The notes: generated by a model not told the origin, from the letters alone. A DNA stretch of 48,749 bases from Thermodesulfobacteriota bacterium (GCA_036476895.1 JAZGCJ010000225.1:1-48749); one strand, 5' to 3'. Positions 24,393-31,850 are shown, numbered from the stretch's first letter. A program made the numbers and translations.

Positions 24393-24771
24393 TTATCTCC
24401 ACCGCTTTCAAATTATTATCCTTGAACACATCCATCACAAAATTTCTCCATGATGTCCTCTCCGTCCACTTCCCATATCGAGTTTCAAATTCAGGCACCA
24501 TGACTTTACTCATCGGTTTAATCCTTCCTACCCAGTAGGAATACAATGCATATCGTAATGCTGTAATCTCACTTTTGACAGGCTCACAGCCACAAATTGG
24601 GTCAGAACACTCACACATCTCTACCCCTTCCCACACCTTCTCAGCCTCTAATAATTCTTCCCGTCTCCTCATCCTATCCATCTCCTCGTGATCGGACAAG
24701 CCAATTTGTACTTTAAAGGCAGTTATCAGCTTACCCAAATGGTAAATTCCTTCATATTTTGCGTATTTCAT
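24367..24771 (-). CDS. NL-tail family protein
   Basis: The ATG at 24771 follows GGTGAAAATA. Contains CECSDPICGCEP and then DNNLKAVEIIDAYRLNG. Confidence 0.6.
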   Translation of the reverse strand: MKYAKYEGIYHLGKLITAFKVQIGLSDHEEMDRMRRREELLEAEKVWEGVEMCECSDPICGCEPVKSEITALRYALYSYWVGRIKPMSKVMVPEFETRYGKWTERTSWRNFVMDVFKDNNLKAVEIIDAYRLNG

Positions 24772-24783
24772 TATTTTCACCAA

Positions 24784-24875
24784 GCATATTTAATGCGTTC
24801 GGTTCTCCAAAGAAAGCATATCTCATGCAGATTCGATGCGTATTTAAGACATAAAAAGGCATATTTAATGCGTTC
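24784..24875. repeat. intergenic direct repeats of GCATATTTAATGCGTTC (2 perfect copies plus degenerate GCAT-N5-ATGC copies)
   Basis: 17-bp perfect copies at 24784-24800 and 24859-24875. GCATATCTCATGC lies at 24816-24828. This is the only sizeable non-coding gap inside the array. Confidence 0.8.
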
Positions 24876-24887
24876 AGTTTTCTCACT

Positions 24888-25223
24888 TTAGAGTCCATTT
24901 CCCCTGTGCCTTATTGTGGTCATATCCTCTGTGTCATGCCGTATATCTCTCAAGTCACTCATCAACTCCAAGATATGTAGGTTTGGCATATTTAGAATCT
25001 CCCCCAATACTTTACCTACTGTTGGAGCATTAATCATATTACCTAAATACGCACACAATAAGTCATCAATGAATCTATGATTTATCGCTTGGAGATGTAC
25101 GTTCCTCTCTTTCTCTATCCAAGGCCCTACCAACTCATCAAATACTTGCTGGTATCGTTTAATACGCTTCAAACTATTATTGTCCACTTTTGCTCTGCCT
25201 TTCGATATCAGCTTTGGCCTCAT
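24888..25223 (-). CDS. NL-tail family protein (no Cys motif)
   Basis: MPNLHILELMSDL lies near the C-terminus. Confidence 0.55.
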   Translation of the reverse strand: MRPKLISKGRAKVDNNSLKRIKRYQQVFDELVGPWIEKERNVHLQAINHRFIDDLLCAYLGNMINAPTVGKVLGEILNMPNLHILELMSDLRDIRHDTEDMTTIRHRGNGL

Positions 25224-25449
25224 TCATTTCATCCACTATCTCTACCCACTCCAAATTCGGTACATCTGTGATAAAATTCAACAACCGTACTGATTTCTGT
25301 GCAGTAACCTCACCTGCTAAAAATCTGTATATGGCTAAATGTAAGACACCCTCATCAAAGTCATCCACTCCTCTATCTTTCACCTTCCTTTGAAGATAAG
25401 GTCTAAGTTTGTCCATGAAGTAAGCGGTCTTTGATTCTACGAAATTCAT
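25177..25449 (-). CDS. NL-tail family protein (no Cys motif)
   Basis: VPNLEWVEIVDEM lies near the C-terminus. GAGGAGACAG precedes the ATG. Confidence 0.55.
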   Translation of the reverse strand: MNFVESKTAYFMDKLRPYLQRKVKDRGVDDFDEGVLHLAIYRFLAGEVTAQKSVRLLNFITDVPNLEWVEIVDEMNEAKADIERQSKSGQ

Positions 25450-25744
25450 CTGTCTCCTCTCTTAATGTATTTAATTTATCCACCACTTCTATTAATTCAA
25501 GGTTCTGTAAGACTGTGTATCTCTGTATCATCTTAGTTAATGTCCGACAAGATAATGACCCATGAATGTAAAGCTCTCCTATCATATACAATTCATCCAC
25601 TCGGCGTTGCCAAGCTGTATCAGGACTCTCAGTATCATCCAATCCCTTTGGTTTTATCTTCTCATCTTCAAAAAATTTAAACCGCTTCTCTAAGAAATTC
25701 TTGAAGATAGCATCATAGTATTCAATTAGCTCTTTTTTTACCAC
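25403..25744 (-). CDS. NL-tail family protein (no Cys motif)
   Basis: LQNLELIEVVDKL. The GTG at 25744 (6 nt after GGTGGA) is preferred over the ORF-track start at 25825, which overlaps the upstream gene by 88 nt. Confidence 0.5.
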   Translation of the reverse strand: MVKKELIEYYDAIFKNFLEKRFKFFEDEKIKPKGLDDTESPDTAWQRRVDELYMIGELYIHGSLSCRTLTKMIQRYTVLQNLELIEVVDKLNTLREETDEFRRIKDRLLHGQT

Positions 25745-25971
25745 ACCAGAAGTCCACCCAAATATCCTGTAAGTCCTGCCAGGGCTATAATCTCCCACCA
25801 AGGTGCTTTGTAAAACATGAACCATACTTTCTTATAAACTGCTAAGAACAGTCCATAAGCTATGTCCGTTGGTACAGTCCATAGTAAAAACTTCAGCCAT
25901 ACTCCTGGTTGCTCTTTGAAGTCCGCCCAAAACATCAATGCTATCTCCTTTTCTGGATCAATTATTATCAT
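25738..25971 (-). CDS. small membrane protein inside the array
   Basis: Hydrophobic helices. ATGA overlap with the upstream gene. Confidence 0.55.
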   Translation of the reverse strand: MIIIDPEKEIALMFWADFKEQPGVWLKFLLWTVPTDIAYGLFLAVYKKVWFMFYKAPWWEIIALAGLTGYLGGLLVW

Positions 25972-26273
25972 TTTTTCACCTCGTTTAACCCATAGGCATC
26001 TAGGATTTCTATTGACTGAAAATTAGTGAACATTCTCTTTCTTTTCATTATCTGTTGAAAGAATCTTCTTACCCATTCATTGGTATCTTCCACGTTTATT
26101 CCTTTACCTAAATTAACTTTTCCCGTTGTAACATATTGCTCCAGTAATGTTTTGATATAGTTCCTACGACATCCTATGCATTGACAAAATGGTAACGACG
26201 ATGGGTTCTGAGCAAAGCATCTCAGCAATATACCTTTCCACACTTCCTCTCGGTTTTCTTTATTCTCTTCCAC
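25968..26273 (-). CDS. NL-tail family protein (CQCIGC)
   Basis: The GTG at 26273 lies 6 nt after AAGGAG. Tail is TNFQSIEILDAYGLNE. Confidence 0.55.
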   Translation of the reverse strand: MEENKENREEVWKGILLRCFAQNPSSLPFCQCIGCRRNYIKTLLEQYVTTGKVNLGKGINVEDTNEWVRRFFQQIMKRKRMFTNFQSIEILDAYGLNEVKK

Positions 26274-26367
26274 TAAAATCTCCTTCAAAGAGTTGGGTTA
26301 GGTTATCCCTACAGCCAGCGAAACCATCAGCACGTACTAAAAGGACTGTACTATCGGGGGTGTACAT
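26260..26367 (-). CDS. possible 35-aa ORF with NL-like tail (RDNLTQLFEGDF)
   Basis: The ATG at 26367 follows AAAGGAC. Below the ORF-track cutoff. Its 3' end carries the RBS of the next gene. Confidence 0.3.
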   Translation of the reverse strand: MYTPDSTVLLVRADGFAGCRDNLTQLFEGDFSGRE

Positions 26368-26420
26368 TTAATGTCCTTTCAGCATAATCACTGGTTCACC
26401 CATGAGGTCTTTTGAAAGCC

Positions 26421-27596
26421 TTAGCCCTTTTTAGTTTCCTTCATGATCGCAGCTATCTTCTTAGTCAGCTTAGGATAGTTCATAAGCTCTGACAAGAACT
26501 CTTTTGACAGCTTGTGAACAACCGTAGCTTGATGCTCCGATGGAATATCCTCAATAAATCTCGTGAGATTATCCATTACTTTCTTACTCGGTTTCCTATT
26601 GTCTAATTCGGCTGCGACTTCTTTAACCGTGACGTGCATCTCATCTGTTCGTTGTTTCTTAAGTTTTTTGATAATCTTCTCATAGGTGTCCAGGACTTCT
26701 TTCCCTGTGACAGGTCTATTGTAATTAGCATCAATGAACTTAATCAACGACTGAGCAGGTGTTATGCCTATTAATCCCCTGAACACTTCCATTTGATGTT
26801 TCTTTAGTACCACATCATTTTTCATCAGAATATCAATCATCCGGTATTGATCCGGTGTTGGATGCCCATCTAATGTGAACTGTTCTTTCGGAGACAGCAA
26901 ATCAGGATGAGCAGCAATGAATCCTGTAATAGAATCATCGATATCTCCAATACCATGTGCCCACTTAAGCCAGACTTCTGGATCAGCCGACACTTTGATA
27001 TTGCAGAACCGTCTCAACATAGCAGGGTCCAACTCTTCAACTTGATAGTTGAGCTTACTGTTGCTGGGATTGACCGCAGAAAAAATAGACCATCCAGGCG
27101 GTAGCTTATGAGTATGTAATCTCCACTCATTCACCAACTGAAAGACAGCCTGTCTTACATCCTGTGGTGCTCTGTTTAACTCATCCAGGAATAATATACC
27201 CCTCGGATGCTTTTTTGCATTTGGAAACCATTCAGGCTTTTCCCAAATTGTGACCTCTTCATCATCAGTTTCAGTAATATGAAGTACACTTAAAAAGGAC
27301 TTCGTTATATCACTCCACGATGATGTATGCTCACCTTTGATCTTTCTCATGACTTGCTTCAGCCATCTGAACATGCTACTTCTCGGAATTCCAATCAAAT
27401 CTGCGGGTTCCATTTGGGCCAACCGCAGATCGATAATTTCTGTTTCAGGATCGAATCCTAACTCGATTCCGGCTTGCTTAACAATCCACGACTTACCTAT
27501 ACCCATAGAGCCATGCAACATCACAGCAACCTTAACCTGCTTTTGTGCTACGGACTTTAGGAAGTCCTTAGTCTCATCTACAAACATCGTGTACAC
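26421..27596 (-). CDS. MoxR-like AAA+ ATPase
   Basis: Walker A is HGSMGIGKS and Walker B is ILFLDELNRA, with PQDVRQAVFQLV following. This is typical of the MoxR/AAA_5 group. GGAGGTG precedes the ATG. Confidence 0.85.
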   Translation of the reverse strand: MYTMFVDETKDFLKSVAQKQVKVAVMLHGSMGIGKSWIVKQAGIELGFDPETEIIDLRLAQMEPADLIGIPRSSMFRWLKQVMRKIKGEHTSSWSDITKSFLSVLHITETDDEEVTIWEKPEWFPNAKKHPRGILFLDELNRAPQDVRQAVFQLVNEWRLHTHKLPPGWSIFSAVNPSNSKLNYQVEELDPAMLRRFCNIKVSADPEVWLKWAHGIGDIDDSITGFIAAHPDLLSPKEQFTLDGHPTPDQYRMIDILMKNDVVLKKHQMEVFRGLIGITPAQSLIKFIDANYNRPVTGKEVLDTYEKIIKKLKKQRTDEMHVTVKEVAAELDNRKPSKKVMDNLTRFIEDIPSEHQATVVHKLSKEFLSELMNYPKLTKKIAAIMKETKKG

Positions 27597-27625
27597 CTCC
27601 GATTATTTTAAGTCTGAAATTGTTT

Positions 27626-27653
27626 ATCACCAATCACCAATCACCAATCACCA
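27626..27653. repeat. heptamer tandem repeat (ATCACCA)x4; TGGTGAT x4 on the coding strand
   Basis: Read directly from the sequence. It spans the stop codon of the VWA gene, and each unit contains TGA, giving stops in all three frames. Confidence 0.9.
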
Positions 27654-29119
27654 TAATCTTTTGGCTTATGTTTTTGCATGGCTAGGACCTGTCCAAACGG
27701 TGCTGTGTCTACGTCTGACACTGATACCCATAAGACGGGATATGGTGGTTTCTGACTTGGAAAATCTCCGTACATATCCGTGAAGTAAATAACTAAATCA
27801 GGATTCAATCGCTTGTCTGCAATGTACTTAAATGGTGGTTTGAAACTTGTTCCCCCACCACCATGAAATTTGGTATCAACTTTCTTATTAGGGATTAACT
27901 CATATACTCGTTGAATATCCCAGTCACATTCTATTATAGTTACTTTGGTTTTGTAAATTCTTTGAAGCCCCTGCATCTCAGCCGTGAAATCTTGATAGTC
28001 TTTCATGTTAATACTACCGCTCGTGTCCACAACCTCTATAATGCGTAACTTTCTATCCGGCAACTTTCCTTTCTGATCTTCACCAAATCTTCTGTTAGGT
28101 CTCTTCCAACTTCTCTTTGATCCTGATTTAATCTTCGTTGCAACAAATTGTTTCAGTAATCTCCACCACGGAAGTATGGGTGGTTTTAGAAGCTCATCAA
28201 TATACTGTTCAAGTCCACCTGGAATTCTTCCTTGACTTCTTTCTGTCTGCTCTTTAGCAGCAGCAACAGATTGCCGTAATACCTCGGATGCAATATCCGG
28301 TGAATCTCCTTTCTCCCACTTATCATGGTTCCCTGGTTTATCTAAATCGAATTCGCCTGTCTTGTTTCCCTGATCATCATAGACATCAACATGGGTTGTC
28401 TCACCCATTCCTTTTCCACCACAATCTTGACAAGGCTCATCCTTTTGTCCTTGTCCTTGTCCTTGACCTTGCTGTTGATCCTTCTGATCTTTCCCTTGTC
28501 CTTGTCCTTGAGATTGTCCTTTCTGTTGATCCTTCTTCTCCGTTCCTTTACCTCCACCATTACCACTTTGCTGCTGTTGTTTATTCTTTGAGTCCCCATC
28601 TCCTTGACTACCTTTTGGTTCCTTACCAGTCCCCCCACAACGTCCACACTTTCCGGCTGACTTCTTAGAAAATTTGATTCTCGGTTGATGCTTGTACATA
28701 ACATCGTAGTAATATTCAGCAATGGCATTAGATTTCAGATTCCAGTCTTTAGAAAACTTATCCATTGTCACTACACCGTCGGGTAAATCCTTTATCATTT
28801 GGTTGATCGCTAAATCCGTGGCAATATTCCAGAGTTGTGGATGGCGACTACGAATACGAGTCAAGTGATCCATAACAAGATGGAGACACTCATGCTCTAG
28901 TACCGCCCGACGTTCATTCAAATTCTTGGTATGCTCACTGAACAACTTAGGATTGTACCGAAGTTCAATGCGTCCATTGATGATCGTAACTCCTGCCATG
29001 AATGGCATAGTTTTATCAGCAACCCTATGCATCTGTGATAACAGACTCGCATAGAATACCCCATTGTTAAATAACAAATGGACTATAACTTTCTCAAAAT
29101 CCTCTAGATCATCCATCAT
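27641..29119 (-). CDS. metallopeptidase-like + VWA-like two-domain protein (DUF2201-type MoxR partner) with inserted zinc knuckles and Gln/Gly-rich linker
   Basis: The N-terminal domain has LEHECLHLVMDH (HExxH) and NIATDLAINQ. The C-terminal domain has VVDTSGS (MIDAS DxSxS), HGGGGTSF and IYFTDMYGDFP. The insert is CGRCGGTGK ... (Q/G/K-rich, about 60 aa) ... CQDCGGKGM. Confidence 0.85.
   Translation of the reverse strand: MMDDLEDFEKVIVHLLFNNGVFYASLLSQMHRVADKTMPFMAGVTIINGRIELRYNPKLFSEHTKNLNERRAVLEHECLHLVMDHLTRIRSRHPQLWNIATDLAINQMIKDLPDGVVTMDKFSKDWNLKSNAIAEYYYDVMYKHQPRIKFSKKSAGKCGRCGGTGKEPKGSQGDGDSKNKQQQQSGNGGGKGTEKKDQQKGQSQGQGQGKDQKDQQQGQGQGQGQKDEPCQDCGGKGMGETTHVDVYDDQGNKTGEFDLDKPGNHDKWEKGDSPDIASEVLRQSVAAAKEQTERSQGRIPGGLEQYIDELLKPPILPWWRLLKQFVATKIKSGSKRSWKRPNRRFGEDQKGKLPDRKLRIIEVVDTSGSINMKDYQDFTAEMQGLQRIYKTKVTIIECDWDIQRVYELIPNKKVDTKFHGGGGTSFKPPFKYIADKRLNPDLVIYFTDMYGDFPSQKPPYPVLWVSVSDVDTAPFGQVLAMQKHKPKDYGDW
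28436..28609. repeat. in-frame low-complexity microsatellite-like region (CCTTGT/CCTTGA units; encodes QGQGQG/KDQ tracts)
   Basis: Read directly from the sequence. It explains the spurious ORFs in other frames of this segment. Confidence 0.8.
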
Positions 29120-29826
29120 TTCTTTGTCTTCAAGTCCTTTTTGCGTTGTTTTGTATCTTCCAGTTTAAAAGTATCCCACGTTTCCTGCCAGTACTTTGCC
29201 ATCAACGTTCTAGCTTCAATCAAATGTTGATTCTTATAGACTTCAGCAATAACTCGGAGAAATCCTGAATCAAGAAATCTTTGGATTAAGCGTTTCACCT
29301 GTTTAAAGGTTCGTTCTGATTCATTCCGGTTAAGGATATCTTCAAGCTCATGCATCTTTGCAATTGTGTTCCGACGTTCCCTTTCAATTGCTACCAGGAT
29401 ACTTTCGTATTGAGGAGCTAAAAGTACATTAGTATCACTCAGCATCCTCGTTATCCGCACTCGTTGAACTTCTAAATTCTTTGCAATAGATTCAAATACC
29501 TCTCGACGACCTTCTGTAGATGTATTTTCATCGAGTCCAGTTTCAATCATAGCGTGTAAATCATCAATGGATTCATTAGCATCTTGAGCCAATTCTTTAG
29601 TAAATTCCGCTTCTTTTAAAATTCGTTCTCGATGCTTTGCTAAATACAAATCGTATGTAGATTTAGAAGCAGGTAATAATGATGTTTTAGATTTGAATTG
29701 TTCTTCTAAAACAGATTTCACATTTGCAGCCCCATTACCCTGAGCAATAAGTTTATCTAACGCACTCTTAATCTCCGGTGGTAAGTTCTCTAATCGAGTA
29801 GATGATTCCTTTTCTTCGTTACTCAA
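29116..29826 (-). CDS. hypothetical coiled-coil protein (first gene upstream of the VWA gene)
   Basis: The TTG at 29826 lies 9 nt after GGAGGG and overlaps the upstream TGA (TTGA). ATGA overlap with the VWA gene. Confidence 0.55.
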   Translation of the reverse strand: MSNEEKESSTRLENLPPEIKSALDKLIAQGNGAANVKSVLEEQFKSKTSLLPASKSTYDLYLAKHRERILKEAEFTKELAQDANESIDDLHAMIETGLDENTSTEGRREVFESIAKNLEVQRVRITRMLSDTNVLLAPQYESILVAIERERRNTIAKMHELEDILNRNESERTFKQVKRLIQRFLDSGFLRVIAEVYKNQHLIEARTLMAKYWQETWDTFKLEDTKQRKKDLKTKK

Positions 29827-30515
29827 ACCGCTAAGCCCTCCCTCAAGCGTCCTTGAACCCACTTGGTTATGTCCTGAATCTTTTTCACTTCTATGTGGAC
29901 ACTGGATCGTGGTTTCTGTAGAATCTTTGAAATTACATTTGCGTTTAATGTTTTCGCTTTGTATCTGGACGTACTAATATGATTGTATCTATCCAGAACC
30001 ACATCTGAATTAATCATGAGATTAAAAATTTGCTGCCCGAACTCACTTATTCCATTCTGTACCCCGACAATCAATTCATCATATTGGTTGTCATTATTAG
30101 GATCAACTGTGAGAGACGAATCCGGCAACAAATCCAGTGATGGTTTATCGAAACATTCCAGTGAAGTTTGATCAAAATGTTCCAGTGTCATATACTTAAA
30201 CCGAGTCTTTGATTTCAGCACTTCTCTTTGAAATCCACTCCTAAGATGCATATACAAATGAGTTTCAAATTTTACCTCCTTGTTAGAGTTGTACGTCACA
30301 ATTGCCTGTTCAAGATATTTAACCGCAATGTCTGACACAAAATCATTATCACACCGAGACCGGAGGGACTTATTAATAGAAAACGCCAACTTATATGAAG
30401 TCTGTAAATACTGACAAAACATATTTACTTGACCCACATCAGTGGCGTCAAAAGTTAATCCTAGCCTGTAAACCTTGTTAGTCGTTTTCTGGTATTTCTT
30501 TCGCATACGCTTCAA
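29823..30515 (-). CDS. sigma-70-family-like phage transcription factor (tentative)
   Basis: The region-2-like segment is DNDFVSDIAVKYLEQAIVTYNSNKEVKFETHLYMHLRSGFQREV. The C-terminal HTH-like segment is LNANVISKILQKPRSSVHIEVKKIQDI. The size (230 aa) is like phage sigma factors. Confidence 0.45.
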   Translation of the reverse strand: MKRMRKKYQKTTNKVYRLGLTFDATDVGQVNMFCQYLQTSYKLAFSINKSLRSRCDNDFVSDIAVKYLEQAIVTYNSNKEVKFETHLYMHLRSGFQREVLKSKTRFKYMTLEHFDQTSLECFDKPSLDLLPDSSLTVDPNNDNQYDELIVGVQNGISEFGQQIFNLMINSDVVLDRYNHISTSRYKAKTLNANVISKILQKPRSSVHIEVKKIQDITKWVQGRLREGLAV

Positions 30516-30774
30516 GTAACCTATTCACCTTTTTGATAATACGGTTTCGTTTAGGATTCTCATCCTCATTATAACAATTAATGTAAAGCTTCTCGTTGTT
30601 ATTCCAGAACTTACCACCAAAGCCTAGCTTCCCGCAGAATCGAAACTCTCTGCAAGGATGCTCTCGATCTATTTGGGCATACAAAAACGACGTTCTATCT
30701 CCTTCAAATGCCCCCGCATGTTTGACCAATAGATTAAAGATATGTTCAGCTTGTATTTCTGTTATTTGTTTCAT
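30478..30774 (-). CDS. hypothetical protein
   Basis: 98-aa minus-strand ORF. Confidence 0.55.
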   Translation of the reverse strand: MKQITEIQAEHIFNLLVKHAGAFEGDRTSFLYAQIDREHPCREFRFCGKLGFGGKFWNNNEKLYINCYNEDENPKRNRIIKKVNRLLEAYAKEIPEND

Positions 30775-30980
30775 ATTTTAGTATAGCAGACTTTCAATAC
30801 TGTGTCAACTGTGATCGGGTCTACTCCTTGTCGTTTTCGTTCCAGATTTTTGAGGAGAACGTAGGCCATAGCGATGTCCCGTTTCTCCTGAATATCCAGT
30901 GGTGTCTCTATTATATTATACAACAATTTACCGACTTCGGCCCTCGCTTCAGCTAAGTCTTCGAAGAATAATCTTGTCAT
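30771..30980 (-). CDS. hypothetical protein
   Basis: 69-aa minus-strand ORF. Confidence 0.5.
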   Translation of the reverse strand: MTRLFFEDLAEARAEVGKLLYNIIETPLDIQEKRDIAMAYVLLKNLERKRQGVDPITVDTVLKVCYTKI

Positions 30981-30990
30981 TTTCAGTCTC

Positions 30991-31263
30991 CTATTTTGGA
31001 AGAAATGTTGCTACAATGTTAAACATTACACCAACCCAACACAACCCGCCGATGGCGGTCCCCATCCAGTTTCCACAAGGCCACACCATCTCTGTCATTG
31101 CCCCTAGGACACACCACACAGCTAAGAATAGATAGCCCCAACTGAATCCAATACGGAACTTCTTACGAGGTTGTTTATGTGGAACTCGGATGTTCTCAAC
31201 TGGAATACCAGTGACTTTTGAAATCTCTTCCAGTGTATACCCGTTAGCTTTTTTTGATTTCAT
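30991..31263 (-). CDS. membrane-anchored helix-turn-helix protein
   Basis: N-terminal HTH-like YTLEEISKVTGIPVENI is followed by two hydrophobic helices (WGYLFLAVWCVLGAM..., GGLCWVGVMFNIVATFL). Confidence 0.55.
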   Translation of the reverse strand: MKSKKANGYTLEEISKVTGIPVENIRVPHKQPRKKFRIGFSWGYLFLAVWCVLGAMTEMVWPCGNWMGTAIGGLCWVGVMFNIVATFLPK

Positions 31264-31603
31264 AGACTTGTCCCCCTTGAACTTTTTGTATCAAGTATAA
31301 GCCTGTTAATTCGTATTCCTGGATCAAGGCATTTGACACCCAATCCCCATACGTCTGTGCAACAGAGGATAAAATCTCTTTTATTATGCCTTTCTCAAAC
31401 TGACCATGATGATTGATTTCACGTTCAATCTGTCGCCGTACATTTACTAAGTAAACATCCCTTTTGAGGTCATCCAAACCCTTTGCAATTGTCGCTTGGT
31501 TCTGTAACATCTGAATAATTTCATCGATCCGCCATATTTCTTCCTCAATCATGTGATGATTCAACAGCTTAAGTTCTTTCAGTTTCTGAATAATAGTCTC
31601 CAT
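31244..31603 (-). CDS. hypothetical protein
   Basis: 119-aa minus-strand ORF. Confidence 0.55.
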   Translation of the reverse strand: METIIQKLKELKLLNHHMIEEEIWRIDEIIQMLQNQATIAKGLDDLKRDVYLVNVRRQIEREINHHGQFEKGIIKEILSSVAQTYGDWVSNALIQEYELTGLYLIQKVQGGQVYEIKKS

Positions 31604-31776
31604 TAGGACACCTTCTTATATTTATTCATGAGGTCTTCATACCGAGCCATTATCGCATAAATAACGTCTCGTGAAAGTTTGGATAACTTAGAGACTCGCT
31701 TCATGTCCCACATATTCGTCACACCTGAAACTCGGACTCTTTCATACGCCTCGAACTGCTCTTTTGTAATTTCCAT
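31603..31776 (-). CDS. small phage protein (DUF5049-like, tentative)
   Basis: The ATG at 31776 is preceded by TAAGGGGGCACACA, the same leader as at 32752 and 33063. EQFEAYERVRVSGVTNMWDMKRV resembles what is recalled for DUF5049. The ORF-track 5' extension runs through a hairpin. Confidence 0.5.
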   Translation of the reverse strand: MEITKEQFEAYERVRVSGVTNMWDMKRVSKLSKLSRDVIYAIMARYEDLMNKYKKVS

Positions 31777-31807
31777 TGTGTGCCCCCTTATTTTATGATG
31801 CTCTTTT

Positions 31808-31839
31808 GAGATGGGGACCCCACTCCAGGTCCCCATCTC
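31808..31839 (-). other. perfect 12-bp GC-rich hairpin (GAGATGGGGACC / GGTCCCCATCTC, 8-nt loop) without U-tract
   Basis: Read directly from the sequence. It lies in the 74-nt gap between the HNH gene and the next gene. Confidence 0.8.
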
Positions 31840-31850
31840 TAAGAGAACCA

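Noticed and set aside
21459-26288. CRISPR-like array suggested by the ~210-260 bp periodicity and by the 17-bp repeats at 24784/24859.
   Set aside because: The periodic units are protein-coding paralogs with diverged sequences. The only exact direct repeats are two copies 75 bp apart, there is no repeat-spacer structure and no cas genes apart from a lone Cas4-like phage nuclease.
26289-26420. tRNA or small RNA in the relatively GC-rich gap after the MoxR gene (and in other gaps over 70 nt: 8703-8923, 12541-12666, 16747-16868, 33064-33170).
   Set aside because: There is no cloverleaf with a GTTCxAxxC T-loop and no long stems. The gaps are better explained by promoters, RBS regions or small ORFs.
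28288-28728. ORFs 28342-28728 (-), 28288-28668 (+) and 28391-28591 (+) inside the VWA gene.
   Set aside because: They are artefacts of the stop-free Gln/Gly/Lys microsatellite region. Their products are repetitive (KDKDK, LSLSL), and the VWA frame is supported by motifs on both sides.
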